A stretch of DNA of 64,000 nt from Eledone cirrhosa (lineage: Eukaryota). The stretch covers positions 81,840,001 through 81,904,000 of the forward strand of contig OZ024740.1 in NCBI GenBank assembly GCA_964016885.1, read 5' to 3'. A program made the position numbers and the translations under genes. Under the pieces are notes generated by a model. It was not told the origin of the DNA and made no database searches. It saw only the letters and a list, made by a program, of their open reading frames with translations. Shown here piece by piece: positions 26,301 through 41,372 of this stretch (position 1 is the first letter of the stretch; each line of letters opens with the position of its first letter).

Positions 26301-29300
26301 TTCGTTATTTGTTTTTATCGTCTCCGTTGAACCGGTACGTACTCACGCTCTATGCAAATTAGTCTGCCCACTACTAATTTTCATAGAAAAAGCATATAAC
26401 GATATGTGCTTTTACGATTCTCTAGAGAGGCCGGAAGATAGGTAAATATTGCTGATGAGATGTAACAACATCGAAACTAGTTCAATATTCCTTGTCTGGC
26501 TTTCTGGAGAATAGAGGAAAGGTGTTTCCTCAAAAACCAGTATGACTCTAAAAACCGGTTTGTCTGTGTTTACATACAGAATAGCTGGAGACTCACAGTA
26601 AAGTGACCAGTGAAAAACTCGGTACATCTACATATGTATACGTGTGTGTAATCATATGCATACTAGTATTTCAGTATACATATGTGGATGTACATTTTTA
26701 ACTTAATTGTTTAAGCGTCAGTCATACAAAAGTGAGTTGCAAACGAAACGAAATTTAATTTCGTTTCGTTATTTGTTTTTATCGTCTCCGTTGAACCGGT
26801 ACGTACTCACGCTCTATGCAAATTAGTCTGCCCACTACTAATTTTCATAGAAAAAGCATATAACGATATGTGCTTTTACGATTCTCTAGAGAGGCCGGAA
26901 GATAGGTAAATAATGCTGATGAGATGTTACAACATCGAAACTAGTTCAATATTCCTTGTCTGGCTTTCTGGAGAATAGAGGAAAGGTGTTTCCTCAAAAA
27001 CCAGTATGACTCTAAAAACCGGTTTGTCTGTGTGTTTACATACATAATAGCTGGACACTCACAGTAAAGTGACCAGTGAAAAACTCGGTACATCTACATA
27101 TGTATACGTGTGTGTAATCATATGCATACTAGTATTTCAGTATACATATGTGGATGTACATTTTTAACTTAATTGTTTAAGCGTCAGTCATACAAAAGTG
27201 AGTTGCAAACGAAACGAAATTTAATTTCGTTTCGTTATTTGTTTTTATCGTCTCCGTTGAACCGGTACGTACTCACGCTCTATGCAAATTAGTCTGCCCA
27301 CTACTAATTTTCATAGAAAAAGCATATAACGATATGTGCTTTTACGATTCTCTAGAGAGGCCGGAAGATAGGTAAATATTGCTGATGAGATGTAACAACA
27401 TCGAAACTAGTTCAATATTCCTTGTCTGGCTTTCTGGAGAATAGAGGAAAGGTGTTTCCTCAAAAACCAGTATGACTCTAAAAACCGGTTTGTCTGTGTG
27501 TTTACATACAGAATAGCTGGACACTCACAGTAAAGTGACCAGTGAAAAACTCGGTACATCTACATATGTATACGTGTGTGTAATCATATGCATACTAGTA
27601 TTTCAGTATACATATGTGGATGTACATTTTTAACTTAATTGTTTAAGCGTCAGTCATACAAAAGTGAGTTGCAAACGAAACGAAATTTAATTTCGTTTCG
27701 TTATTTGTTTTTATCGTCTCCGTTGAACCGGTACGTACTCACGCTCTATGCAAATTAGTCTGCCCACTACTAATTTTCATAGAAAAAGCATATAACGATA
27801 TGTGCTTTTACGATTCTCTAGAGAGGCCGGAAGATAGGTAAATATTGCTGATGAGATGTAACAACATCGAAACTAGTTCAATATTCCTTGTCTGGCTTTC
27901 TGGAGAATAGAGGAAAGGTGTTTCCTCAAAAACCAGTATGACTCTAAAAACCGGTTTGTCTGTGTGTTTACATACAGAATAGCTGGACACTCACAGTAAA
28001 GTGACCAGTGAAAAACTCGGTACATCTACATATGTATACGTGTGTGTAATCATATGCATACTAGTATTTCAGTATACATATGTGGATGTACATTTTTAAC
28101 TTAATTGTTTAAGCGTCAGTCATACAAAAGTGAGTTGCAAACGAAACGAAATTTAATTTCGTTTCGTTATTTGTTTTTATCGTCTCCGTTGAACCGGTAC
28201 GTACTCACGCTCTATGCAAATTAGTCTGCCCACTACTAATTTTCATAGAAAAAGCATATAACGATATGTGCTTTTACGATTCTCTAGAGAGGCCGGAAGA
28301 TAGGTAAATATTGCTGATGAGATGTAACAACATCGAAACTAGTTCAATATTCCTTGTCTGGCTTTCTGGAGAATAGAGGAAAGGTGTTTCCTCAAAAACC
28401 AGTATGACTCTAAAAACCGGTTTGTCTGTGTTTACATACAGAATATCTGGACACTCACAGTAAAGTGACCAGTGAAAATCTCGGTACATCTACATATGTA
28501 TACGTGTGTGTAATCATATGCATACTAGTATTTCAGTATACATATGTGGATGTACATTTTTAACTTAATTGTTTAAGCGTCAGTCATACAAAAGTGAGTT
28601 GCAAACGAAACGAAATTTAATTTCGTTTCGTTATTTGTTTTTATCGTCTCCGTTGAACCGGTACGTACTCACGCTCTATGCAAATTAGTCTGCCCACTAC
28701 TAATTTTCATAGAAAAAGCATATAACGATATGTGCTTTTACGATTCTCTAGAGAGGCCGGAAGATAGGTAAATATTGCTGATGAGATGTAACAACATCGA
28801 AACTAGTTCAATATTCCTTGTCTGGCTTTCTGGAGAATAGAGGAAAGGTGTTTCCTCAAAAACCAGTATGACTCTAAAAACCGGTTTGTCTGTGTGTTTA
28901 CATACAGAATAGCTGGACACTCACAGTAAAGTGACCAGTGAAAAACTCGGTACATCTACATATGTATACGTGTGTGTAATCATATGCATACTAGTATTTC
29001 AGTATACATATGTGGATGTACATTTTTAACTTAATTGTTTAAGCGTCAGTCATACAAAAGTGAGTTGCAAACGAAACGAAATTTAATTTCGTTTCGTTAT
29101 TTGTTTTTATCGTCTCCGTTGAACCGGTACGTACTCACGCTCTATGCAAATTAGTCTGCCCACTACTAATTTTCATAGAAAAAGCATATAACGATATGTG
29201 CTTTTACGATTCTCTAGAGAGGCCGGAAGATAGGTAAATATTGCTGATGAGATGTAACAACATCGAAACTAGTTCAATATTCCTTGTCTGGCTTTCTGTA

Positions 29301-32300
29301 GAATAGAGGAAAGGTGTTTCCTCAAAAACCAGTATGACTCTAAAAACCGGTTTGTCTGTGTGTTTACATACAGAATAGCTGGACACTCACAGTAAAGTGA
29401 CCAGTGAAAAACTCGGTACATCTACATATGTATACGTGTGTGTAATCATATGCATACTAGTATTTCAGTATACATATGTGGATGTACATTTTTAACTTAA
29501 TTGTTTAAGCGTCAGTCATACAAAAGTGAGTTGCAAACGAAACGAAATTTAATTTCGTTTCGTTATTTGTTTTTATCGTCTCCGTTGAACCGGTACGTAC
29601 TCACGCTCTATGCAAATTAGTCTGCCCACTACTAATTTTCATAGAAAAAGCATATAACGATATGTGCTTTTACGATTCTCTAGAGAGGCCGGAAGATAGG
29701 TAAATATTGCTGATGAGATGTTACAACATCGAAACTAGTTCAATATTCCTTGTCTGGCTTCTGGAGAATAGAGGAAAGGTGTTTCCTCAAAAACCAGTAT
29801 GACTCTAAAAACCGGTTTGTCTGTGTGTTTACATACAGAATAGCTGGACACTCACAGTAAAGTGACCAGTGAAAAACTCGGTACATCTACATATGTATAC
29901 GTGTGTGTAATCATATGCATACTAGTATTTCAGTATACATATGTGGATGTACATTTTTAACTTAATTGTTTAAGCGTCAGTCATACAAAAGTGAGTTGCA
30001 AACGAAACGAAATTTAATTTCGTTTCGTTATTTGTTTTTATCGTCTCCGTTGAACCGGTACCTACTCACGCTCTATGCAAATTAGTCTGCCCACTACTAA
30101 TTTTCATAGAAAAAGCATATAACGATATGTGCTTTTACGATTCTCTAGAGAGGCCGGAAGATAGGTAAATATTGCTGATGAGATGTAACAACATCGAAAC
30201 TAGTTCAATATTCCTTGTCTGGCTTTCTGGAGAATAGAGGAAAGGTGTTTCCTCAAAAACCAGTATGACTCTAAAAACCGGTTTGTCTGTGTGTTTACAT
30301 ACAGAATAGCTGGACACTCACAGTAAAGTGACCAGTGAAAAACTCGGTACATCTACATATGTATACGTGTGTGTAATCATATGCATACTAGTATTTCAGT
30401 ATACATATGTGGATGTACATTTTTAACTTAATTGTTTAAGCGTCAGTCATACAAAAGTGAGTTGCAAACGAAACGAAATTTAATTTCGTTTCGTTATTTG
30501 TTTTTATCGTCTCCGTTGAACCGGTACGTACTCACGCTCTATGCAAATTAGTCTGCCCACTACTAATTTTCATAGAAAAAGCATATAACGATATGTGCTT
30601 TTAAGATTCTCTAGAGAGGCCGGAAGATAGGTAAATATTGCTGATGAGATGTAACAACATCGAAACTAGTTCAATATTCCTTGTCTGGCTTTCTGGAGAA
30701 TAGAGGAAAGGTGTTTCCTAAAAAACCAGTATGACTCTAAAAACCGGTTTGTCTGTGTGTTTACATACAGAATAGCTGGACACTCACAGTAAAGTGACCA
30801 GTGAAAAACTCGGTACATCTACATATGTATACGTGTGTGTAATCATATGCATACTAGTATTTCAGTATACATATGTGGATGTACATTTTTAACTTAATTG
30901 TTTAAGCGTCAGTCATACAAAAGTGAGTTGCAAACGAAATGAAATTTAATTTCGTTTCGTTATTTGTTTTTATCGTCTCCGTTGAACCGGTACGTACTCA
31001 CGCTCTATGCAAATTAGTCTGCCCACTACTAATTTTCATAGAAAAAGCATATAACGATATGTGCTTTTACGATTCTCTAGAGAGGCCGGAAGATAGGTAA
31101 ATACTGCTGATGAGATGTAACAACATCGAAACTAGTTCAATATTCCTTGTCTGGCTTTCTGGAGAATAGAGGAAAGGTGTTTCCTCAAAAACCAGTATGA
31201 CTCTAAAAACCGGTTTGTCTGTGTGTTTACATACATAATAGCTGGACACTCACAGTAAAGTGACCAGTGAAAAACTCGGTACATCTACATATGTATACGT
31301 GTGTGTAATCATATGCATACTAGTATTTCAGTATACATATGTGGATGTACATTTTTAACTTAATTGTTTAAGCGTCAGTCATACAAAAGTGAGTTGCAAA
31401 CGAAACGAAATTTAATTTCGTTTCGTTATTTGTTTTTATCGTCTCCGTTGAACCGGTACGTACTCACGCTCTATGCAAATTAGTCTGCCCACTACTAATT
31501 TTCATAGAAAAAGCATATAACGATATGTGCTTTTACGATTCTCTAGAGAGGCCGGAAGATAGGTAAATATTGCTGATGAGATGTAACAACATCGAAACTA
31601 GTTCAATATTCCTTGTCTGGCTTTCTGGAGAATAGAGGAAAGGTGTTTCCTCAAAAACCAGTATGACTCTAAAAACCGGTTTGTCTGTGTTTACATACAG
31701 AATAGCTGGAGACTCACAGTAAAGTGACCAGTGAAAAACTCGGTACATCTACATATGTATACGTGTGTGTAATCATATGCATACTAGTATTTCAGTATAC
31801 ATATGTGGATGTACATTTTTAACTTAATTGTTTAAGCGTCAGTCATACAAAAGTGAGTTGCAAACGAAACGAAATTTAATTTCGTTTCGTTATTTGTTTT
31901 TATCGTCTCCGTTGAACCGGTACGTACTCACGCTCTATGCAAATTAGTCTGCCCACTACTAATTTTCATAGAAAAAGCATATAACGATATGTGCTTTTAC
32001 GATTCTCTAGAGAGGCCGGAAGATAGGTAAATAATGCTGATGAGATGTTACAACATCGAAACTAGTTCAATATTCCTTGTCTGGCTTTCTGGAGAATAGA
32101 GGAAAGGTGTTTCCTCAAAAACCAGTATGACTCTAAAAACCGGTTTGTCTGTGTGTTTACATACATAATAGCTGGACACTCACAGTAAAGTGACCAGTGA
32201 AAAACTCGGTACATCTACATATGTATACGTGTGTGTAATCATATGCATACTAGTATTTCAGTATACATATGTGGATGTACATTTTTAACTTAATTGTTTA

Positions 32301-35300
32301 AGCGTCAGTCATACAAAAGTGAGTTGCAAACGAAACGAAATTTAATTTCGTTTCGTTATTTGTTTTTATCGTCTCCGTTGAACCGGTACGTACTCACGCT
32401 CTATGCAAATTAGTCTGCCCACTACTAATTTTCATAGAAAAAGCATATAACGATATGTGCTTTTACGATTCTCTAGAGAGGCCGGAAGATAGGTAAATAT
32501 TGCTGATGAGATGTAACAACATCGAAACTAGTTCAATATTCCTTGTCTGGCTTTCTGGAGAATAGAGGAAAGGTGTTTCCTCAAAAACCAGTATGACTCT
32601 AAAAACCGGTTTGTCTGTGTGTTTACATACAGAATAGCTGGACACTCACAGTAAAGTGACCAGTGAAAAACTCGGTACATCTACATATGTATACGTGTGT
32701 GTAATCATATGCATACTAGTATTTCAGTATACATATGTGGATGTACATTTTTAACTTAATTGTTTAAGCGTCAGTCATACAAAAGTGAGTTGCAAACGAA
32801 ACGAAATTTAATTTCGTTTCGTTATTTGTTTTTATCGTCTCCGTTGAACCGGTACGTACTCACGCTCTATGCAAATTAGTCTGCCCACTACTAATTTTCA
32901 TAGAAAAAGCATATAACGATATGTGCTTTTACGATTCTCTAGAGAGGCCGGAAGATAGGTAAATATTGCTGATGAGATGTAACAACATCGAAACTAGTTC
33001 AATATTCCTTGTCTGGCTTTCTGGAGAATAGAGGAAAGGTGTTTCCTCAAAAACCAGTATGACTCTAAAAACCGGTTTGTCTGTGTTTACATACAGAATA
33101 GCTGGACACTCACAGTAAAGTGACCAGTGAAAATCTCGGTACATCTACATATGTATACGTGTGTGTAATCATATGCATACTAGTATTTCAGTATACATAT
33201 GTGGATGTACATTTTTAACTTAATTGTTTAAGCGTCAGTCATACAAAAGTGAGTTGCAAACGAAACGAAATTTAATTTCGTTTCGTTATTTGTTTTTATC
33301 GTCTCCGTTGAACCGGTACGTACTCACGCTCTATGCAAATTAGTCTGCCCACTACTAATTTTCATAGAAAAAGCATATAACGATATGTGATTTTACGATT
33401 CTCTAGAGAGGCCGGAAGATAGGTAAATATTGCTGATGAGATGTAACAACATCGAAACTAGTTCAATATTCCTTGTCTGGCTTTCTGGAGAATAGAGGAA
33501 AGGTGTTTCCTCAAAAACCAGTATGACTCTAAAAACCGGTTTGTCTGTGTGTTTACATACAGAATAGCTGGACACTCACAGTAAAGTGACCAGTGAAAAA
33601 CTCGGTACATCTACATATGTATACGTGTGTGTAATCATATGCATACTAGTATTTCAGTATACATATGTGGATGTACATTTTTAACTTAATTGTTTAAGCG
33701 TCAGTCATACAAAAGTGAGTTGCAAACGAAACGAAATTTAATTTCGTTTCGTTATTTGTTTTTATCGTCTCCGTTGAACCGGTACGTACTCACGCTCTAT
33801 GCAAATTAGTCTGCCCACTACTAATTTTCATAGAAAAAGCATATAACGATATGTGCTTTTACGATTCTCTAGAGAGGCCGGAAGATAGGTAAATATTGCT
33901 GATGAGATGTAACAACATCGAAACTAGTTCAATATTCCTTGTCTGGCTTTCTGGAGAATAGAGGAAAGGTGTTTCCTCAAAAACCAGTATGACTCTAAAA
34001 ACCGGTTTGTCTGTGTGTTTACATACAGAATAGCTGGACACTCACAGTAAAGTGACCAGTGAAAAACTCGGTACATCTACATATGTATACGTGTGTGTAA
34101 TCATATGCATACTAGTATTTCAGTATACATATGTGGATGTACATTTTTAACTTAATTGTTTAAGCGTCAGTCATACAAAAGTGAGTTGCAAACGAAACGA
34201 AATTTAATTTCGTTTCGTTATTTGTTTTTATCGTCTCCGTTGAACCGGTACGTACTCACGCTCTATGCAAATTAGTCTGCCCACTACTAATTTTCATAGA
34301 AAAAGCATATAACGATATGTGCTTTTACGATTCTCTAGAGAGGCCGGAAGATAGGTAAATATTGCTGATGAGATGTAACAACATCGAAACTAGTTCAATA
34401 TTCCTTGTCTGGCTTTCTGGAGAATAGAGGAAAGGTGTTTCCTCAAAAACCAGTATGACTCTAAAAACCGGTTTGTCTGTGTTTACATACAGAATAGCTG
34501 GACACTCACAGTAAAGTGACCAGTGAAAAACTCGGTACATCTACATATGTATACGTGTGTGTAATCATATGCATACTAGTATTTCAGTATACATATGTGG
34601 ATGTACATTTTTAACTTAATTGTTTAAGCGTCAGTCATACAAAAGTGAGTTGCAAACGAAACGAAATTTAATTTCGTTTCGTTATTTGTTTTTATCGTCT
34701 CCGTTGAACCGGTACGTACTCACGCTCTATGCAAATTAGTCTGCCCACTACTAATTTTCATAGAAAAAGCATATAACGATATGTGCTTTTACGATTCTCT
34801 AGAGAGGCCGGAAGATAGGTAAATATTGCTGATGAGATGTAACAACATCGAAACTAGTTCAATATTCCTTGTCTGGCTTTCTGGAGAATAGAGGAAAGGT
34901 GTTTCCTCAAAAACCAGTATGACTCTAAAAACCGGTTTGTCTGTGTGTTTACATACATAATAGCTGGACACTCACAGTAAAGTGACCAGTGAAAAACTCG
35001 GTACATCTACATATGTATACGTGTGTGTAATCATATGCATACTAGTATTTCAGTATACATATGTGGATGTACATTTTTAACTTAATTGTTTAAGCGTCAG
35101 TCATACAAAAGTGAGTTGCAAACGAAACGAAATTTAATTTCGTTTCGTTATTTGTTTTTATCGTCTCCGTTGAACCGGTACGTACTCACGCTCTATGCAA
35201 ATTAGTCTGCCCACTACTAATTTTCATAGAAAAAGCATATAACGATATGTGCTTTTACGATTCTCTAGAGAGGCCGGAAGATAGGTAAATATTGCTGATG

Positions 35301-38300
35301 AGATGTAACAACATCGAAACTAGTTCAATATTCCTTGTCTGGCTTTCTGGAGAATAGAGGAAAGGTGTTTCCTCAAAAACCAGTATGACTCTAAAAACCG
35401 GTTTGTCTGTGTGTTTACATACAGAATAGCTGGACACTCACAGTAAAGTGACCAGTGAAAAACTCGGTACATCTACATATGTATACGTGTGTGTAATCAT
35501 ATGCATACTAGTATTTCAGTATACATATGTGGATGTACATTTTTAACTTAATTGTTTAAGCGTCAGTCATACAAAAGTGAGTTGCAAACGAAACGAAATT
35601 TAATTTCGTTTCGTTATTTGTTTTTATCGTCTCCGTTGAACCGGTACGTACTCACGCTCTATGCAAATTAGTCTGCCCACTACTAATTTTCATAGAAAAA
35701 GCATATAACGATATGTGCTTTTACGATTCTCTAGAGAGGCCGGAAGATAGGTAAATATTGCTGATGAGATGTAACAACATCGAAACTAGTTCAATATTCC
35801 TTGTCTGGCTTTCTGGAGAATAGAGGAAAGGTGTTTCCTCAAAAACCAGTATGACTCTAAAAACCGGTTTGTCTGTGTTTACATACAGAATAGCTGGACA
35901 CTCACAGTAAAGTGACCAGTGAAAATCTCGGTACATCTACATATGTATACGTGTGTGTAATCATATGCATACTAGTATTTCAGTATACATATGTGGATGT
36001 ACATTTTTAACTTAATTGTTTAAGCGTCAGTCATACAAAAGTGAGTTGCAAACGAAACGAAATTTAATTTCGTTTCGTTATTTGTTTTTATCGTCTCCGT
36101 TGAACCGGTACGTACTCACGCTCTATGCAAATTAGTCTGCCCACTACTAATTTTCATAGAAAAAGCATATAACGATATGTGATTTTACGATTCTCTAGAG
36201 AGGCCGGAAGATAGGTAAATATTGCTGATGAGATGTAACAACATCGAAACTAGTTCAATATTCCTTGTCTGGCTTTCTGGAGAATAGAGGAAAGGTGTTT
36301 CCTCAAAAACCAGTATGACTCTAAAAACCGGTTTGTCTGTGTGTTTACATACAGAATAGCTGGACACTCACAGTAAAGTGACCAGTGAAAAACTCGGTAC
36401 ATCTACATATGTATACGTGTGTGTAATCATATGCATACTAGTATTTCAGTATACATATGTGGATGTACATTTTTAACTTAATTGTTTAAGCGTCAGTCAT
36501 ACAAAAGTGAGTTGCAAACGAAACGAAATTTAATTTCGTTTCGTTATTTGTTTTTATCGTCTCCGTTGAACCGGTACGTACTCACGCTCTATGCAAATTA
36601 GTCTGCCCACTACTAATTTTCATAGAAAAAGCATATAACGATATGTGCTTTTACGATTCTCTAGAGAGGCCGGAAGATAGGTAAATATTGCTGATGAGAT
36701 GTAACAACATCGAAACTAGTTCAATATTCCTTGTCTGGCTTTCTGGAGAATAGAGGAAAGGTGTTTCCTCAAAAACCAGTATGACTCTAAAAACCGGTTT
36801 GTCTGTGTGTTTACATACAGAATAGCTGGACACTCACAGTAAAGTGACCAGTGAAAAACTCGGTACATCTACATATGTATACGTGTGTGTAATCATATGC
36901 ATACTAGTATTTCAGTATACATATGTGGATGTACATTTTTAACTTAATTGTTTAAGCGTCAGTCATACAAAAGTGAGTTGCAAACGAAACGAAATTTAAT
37001 TTCGTTTCGTTATTTGTTTTTATCGTCTCCGTTGAACCGGTACGTACTCACGCTCTATGCAAATTAGTCTGCCCACTACTAATTTTCATAGAAAAAGCAT
37101 ATAACGATATGTGCTTTTACGATTCTCTAGAGAGGCCGGAAGATAGGTAAATATTGCTGATGAGATGTAACAACATCGAAACTAGTTCAATATTCCTTGT
37201 CTGGCTTTCTGGAGAATAGAGGAAAGGTGTTTCCTCAAAAACCAGTATGACTCTAAAAACCGGTTTGTCTGTGTTTACATACAGAATAGCTGGACACTCA
37301 CAGTAAAGTGACCAGTGAAAAACTCGGTACATCTACATATGTATACGTGTGTGTAATCATATGCATACTAGTATTTCAGTATACATATGTGGATGTACAT
37401 TTTTAACTTAATTGTTTAAGCGTCAGTCATACAAAAGTGAGTTGCAAACGAAACGAAATTTAATTTCGTTTCGTTATTTGTTTTTATCGTCTCCGTTGAA
37501 CCGGTACGTACTCACGCTCTATGCAAATTAGTCTGCCCACTACTAATTTTCATAGAAAAAGCATATAACGATATGTGCTTTTACGATTCTCTAGAGAGGC
37601 CGGAAGATAGGTAAATATTGCTGATGAGATGTAACAACATCGAAACTAGTTCAATATTCCTTGTCTGGCTTTCTGGAGAATAGAGGAAAGGTGTTTCCTC
37701 AAAAACCAGTATGACTCTAAAAACCGGTTTGTCTGTGTGTTTACATACAGAATAGCTGGACACTCACAGTAAAGTGACCAGTGAAAAACTCGGTACATCT
37801 ACATATGTATACGTGTGTGTAATCATATGCATACTAGTATTTCAGTATACATATGTGGATGTACATTTTTAACTTAATTGTTTAAGCGTCAGTCATACAA
37901 AAGTGAGTTGCAAACGAAACGAAATTTAATTTCGTTTCGTTATTTGTTTTTATCGTCTCCGTTGAACCGGTACGTACTCACGCTCTATGCAAATTAGTCT
38001 GCCCACTACTAATTTTCATAGAAAAAGCATATAACGATATGTGCTTTTACGATTCTCTAAAGAGGCCGGAAGATAGGTAAATATTGCTGATGAGATGTAA
38101 CAACATCGAAACTAGTTCAATATTCCTTGTCTGGCTTTCTTCTGGAGAATAGAGGAAAGGTGTTTCCTAAAAAACCAGTATGACTCTAAAAACCGGTTTG
38201 TCTGTGTGTTTACATACAGAATAGCTGGACACTCACAGTAAAGTGACCAGTGAAAAACTCGGTACATCTACATATGTATACGTGTGTGTAATCATATGCA

Positions 38301-41282
38301 TACTAGTATTTCAGTATACATATGTGGATGTACATTTTTAACTTAATTGTTTAAGCGTCAGTCATACAAAAGTGAGTTGCAAACGAAACGAAATTTAATT
38401 TCGTTTCATTATTTGTTTTTATCGTCTCCGTTGAACCGGTACGTACTCACGCTCTATGCAAATTAGTCTGCCCACTACTAATTTTCATAGAAAAAGCATA
38501 TAACGATATGTGCTTTTACGATTCTCTAGAGAGGCCGGAAGATAGGTAAATATTGCTGATGAGATGCAACAACATCGAAACTAGTTCAATATTCCTTGTC
38601 TGGCTTTCTGGAGATTAGAGGAAAGGTGTTTCCTCAAAAACCAGTATGACTCTAAAAACCGGTTTGTCTATGTGTCTACATACAGAATAGCTGGACACTC
38701 ACAGTAAAGTGACCAGTGAAAAACTCGGTACATCTACATATGTATACGTGTGTGTAATCATATGCATACTAGTATTTCAGTATACATATGTGGATGTACA
38801 TTTTTAACTTAATTGTTTAAGCGTCAGTCATACAAAAGTGAGTTGCAAACGAAACGAAATTTAATTTCGTTTCGTTATTTGTTTTTATCGTCTCCGTTGA
38901 ACCGGTACGTACTCACGCTCTATGCAAATTAGTCTGCCCACTACTAATTTTCATAGAAAAAGCATATAACGATATGTGCTTTTACGATTCTCTAGAGAGG
39001 CCGGAAGATAGGTAAATATTGCTGATGAGATGTAACAACATCGAAACTAGTTCAATATTCCTTGTCTGGCTTTCTGGAGAATAGAGGAAAGGTGTTTCCT
39101 CAAAAACCAGTATGACTCTAAAAACCGGTTTGTCTGTGTGTTTACATACAGAATAGCTGGACACTCACAGTAAAGTGACCAGTGAAAAACTCGGTACATC
39201 TACATATGTATACGTGTGTGTAATCATATGCATACTAGTATTTCAGTATACATATGTGGATGTACATTTTTAACTTAATTGTTTAAGCGTCAGTCATACA
39301 AAAGTGAGTTGCAAACGAAACGAAATTTAATTTCGTTTCATTATTTGTTTTTATCGTCTCCGTTGAACCGGTACGTACTCACGCTCTATGCAAATTAGTC
39401 TGCCCACTACTAATTTTCATAGAAAAAGCATATAACGATATGTGCTTTTACGATTCTCTAGAGAGGCCGGAAGATAGGTAAATATTGCTGATGAGATGTA
39501 ACAACATCGAAACTAGTTCAATATTCCTTGTCTGGCTTTCTGGAGAATAGAGGAAAGGTGTTTCCTCAAAAACCAGTATGACTCTAAAAACCGGTTTGTC
39601 TGTGTGTTTACATACAGAATAGCTGGACACTCACAGTAAAGTGACCAGTGAAAAACTCGGTACATCTACATATGTATACGTGTGTGTAATCATATGCATA
39701 CTAGTATTTCAGTATACATATGTGGATGTACATTTTTAACTTAATTGTTTAAGCGTCAGTCATACAAAAGTGAGTTGCAAACGAAACGAAATTTAATTTC
39801 GTTTCGTTATTTGTTTTTATCGTCTCCGTTGAACCGGTACGTACTCACGCTCTATGCAAATTAGTCTGCCCACGACTAATTTTCATAGAAAAAGCATATA
39901 ACGATATGTGCTTTTACGATTCTCTAGAGAGGCCGGAAGATAGGTAAATATTGCTGATGAGATGTAACAACATCGAAACTAGTTCAATATTCCTTGTCTG
40001 GCTTTCTGAAGAATAGAGGAAAGGTGTTTCCTCAAAAACCAGTATGACTCTAAAAACCGGTTTGTCTGTGTGTTTACATACAGAATAGCTGGACACTCAC
40101 AGTAAAGTGACCAGTGAAAAACTCGGTACATCTACATATGTATACGTGTGTGTAATCATATGCATACTAGTATTTCAGTATACATATGTGGATGTACATT
40201 TTTAACTTAATTGTTTAAGCGTCAGTCATACAAAAGTGAGTTGCAAACGAAACGAAATTTAATTTCGTTTCGTTATTTGTTTTTATCGTCTCCGTTGAAC
40301 CGGTACGTACTCACGCTCTATGCAAATTAGTCTGCCCATTACTAATTTTCATAGAAAAAGCATATAACGATATGTGCTTTTACGATTCTCTAGAGAGGCC
40401 GGAAGATAGGTAAATATTGCTGATGAGATGTAACAACATCGAAACTAGTTCAATATTCCTTGTCTGGCTTTCTGGAGAATAGAGGAAAGGTGTTTCCTCA
40501 AAAACCAGTATGACTCTAAAAACCGGTTTGTCTGTGTGTTTACATACAGAATAGCTGGACACACACAGTAAAGTGACCAGTGAAAAACTCGGTACATCTA
40601 CATATGTATACGTGTGTGTAATCATATGCATACTAGTATTTCAGTATACATATGTGGATGTACATTTTTAACTTAATTGTTTAAGCGTCAGTCATACAAA
40701 AGTGAGTTGCAAAGCTCTGCCGTCGGGGTCATACTTTTTCCAATTTCCCACTCTACTACCCTAAGTATTGAGTACTCTGGTGCGTTATGGTCCATCTGGT
40801 TATTACCACATTTCCTTTGTTATATATATATATATGTGTGTGTATGTATATGTGTGGGTCAGTGTTTGTGTACATGTTTGTGTATATATTTTTATGCATC
40901 TACCTGACTATGTGAGTATGAATATATGTATGTGTACGTATATGCGCATGGGTGCGCCCGTACGTGCTGGTGTTTGTGCACAAATACGTGTGTGATCAGG
41001 AGTTCTGAGGGTCCTTCTGTGACTACACGTATATGTGGATGTGTGTATGTCGATGTACAGGGAAACTCGGGACAGGCAAGGCAGATCAGAACCCCCTGCC
41101 CACGTAGCAGTAATTCACGCCTGAATGGAAATAGACAGTGGCAGTTTTGAATGGTCAAACATACAGATGACGACTCCAGCTCTTGACCAATGGAAGGGCC
41201 GCGTAAACAGGATGATGACAGATAGATGGAATTCAAAGGGACAGAATACATCAGCCAGAAGATTTGCTTCGAAGTCGCTTGA

Positions 41283-41372
41283 CGTATCTGAGTAACTTGC
41301 GAATCCAGACTCATGTTCAATCCACAAATAGATCTACCTCGACCTGTTCGCCGGAGAAACAATTGTAATACG
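41283..41372 (+). pseudogene. degenerate hammerhead with long stem-II insert
   Basis: CGTAT-CTGAGTA-..GCGAA..TTCGC..-GAAA-CAATTG-TA-ATACG. Stems I and III are perfect, but G8 is altered. Confidence 0.55.

Larger units (their letters stand above)
7888..40713 (+). repeat. tandem array of ~70.4 monomers (464-469 bp), each with a hammerhead (retrozyme-like satellite)
   Basis: Near-identical units; the 466-bp period is visible in both the sequence and the ORF track. CTGATGA first occurs at 8274 and last at 40420; I counted 70 units. Confidence 0.97.

Noticed and set aside
7062-40631. Repeated 60-71-aa ORF (MSSYSVCKHTDKPVF...) as a tandem gene family
   Set aside because: It is antisense to the ribozyme, mostly starts at GTG, has no recognisable domain, and is broken by stops or frameshifts in many units.
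7888-40713. CRISPR array or rDNA/snRNA/tRNA gene cluster
   Set aside because: There are no unique spacers or cas genes, the context is eukaryotic, and the unit has no 5S, U-snRNA or tRNA sequence that I recognise.
6872-40713. The array as the pseudo-LTR of the adjacent PLE
   Set aside because: The PLE's own 3' region and hammerhead (4254-4770) share no visible sequence with the monomer.
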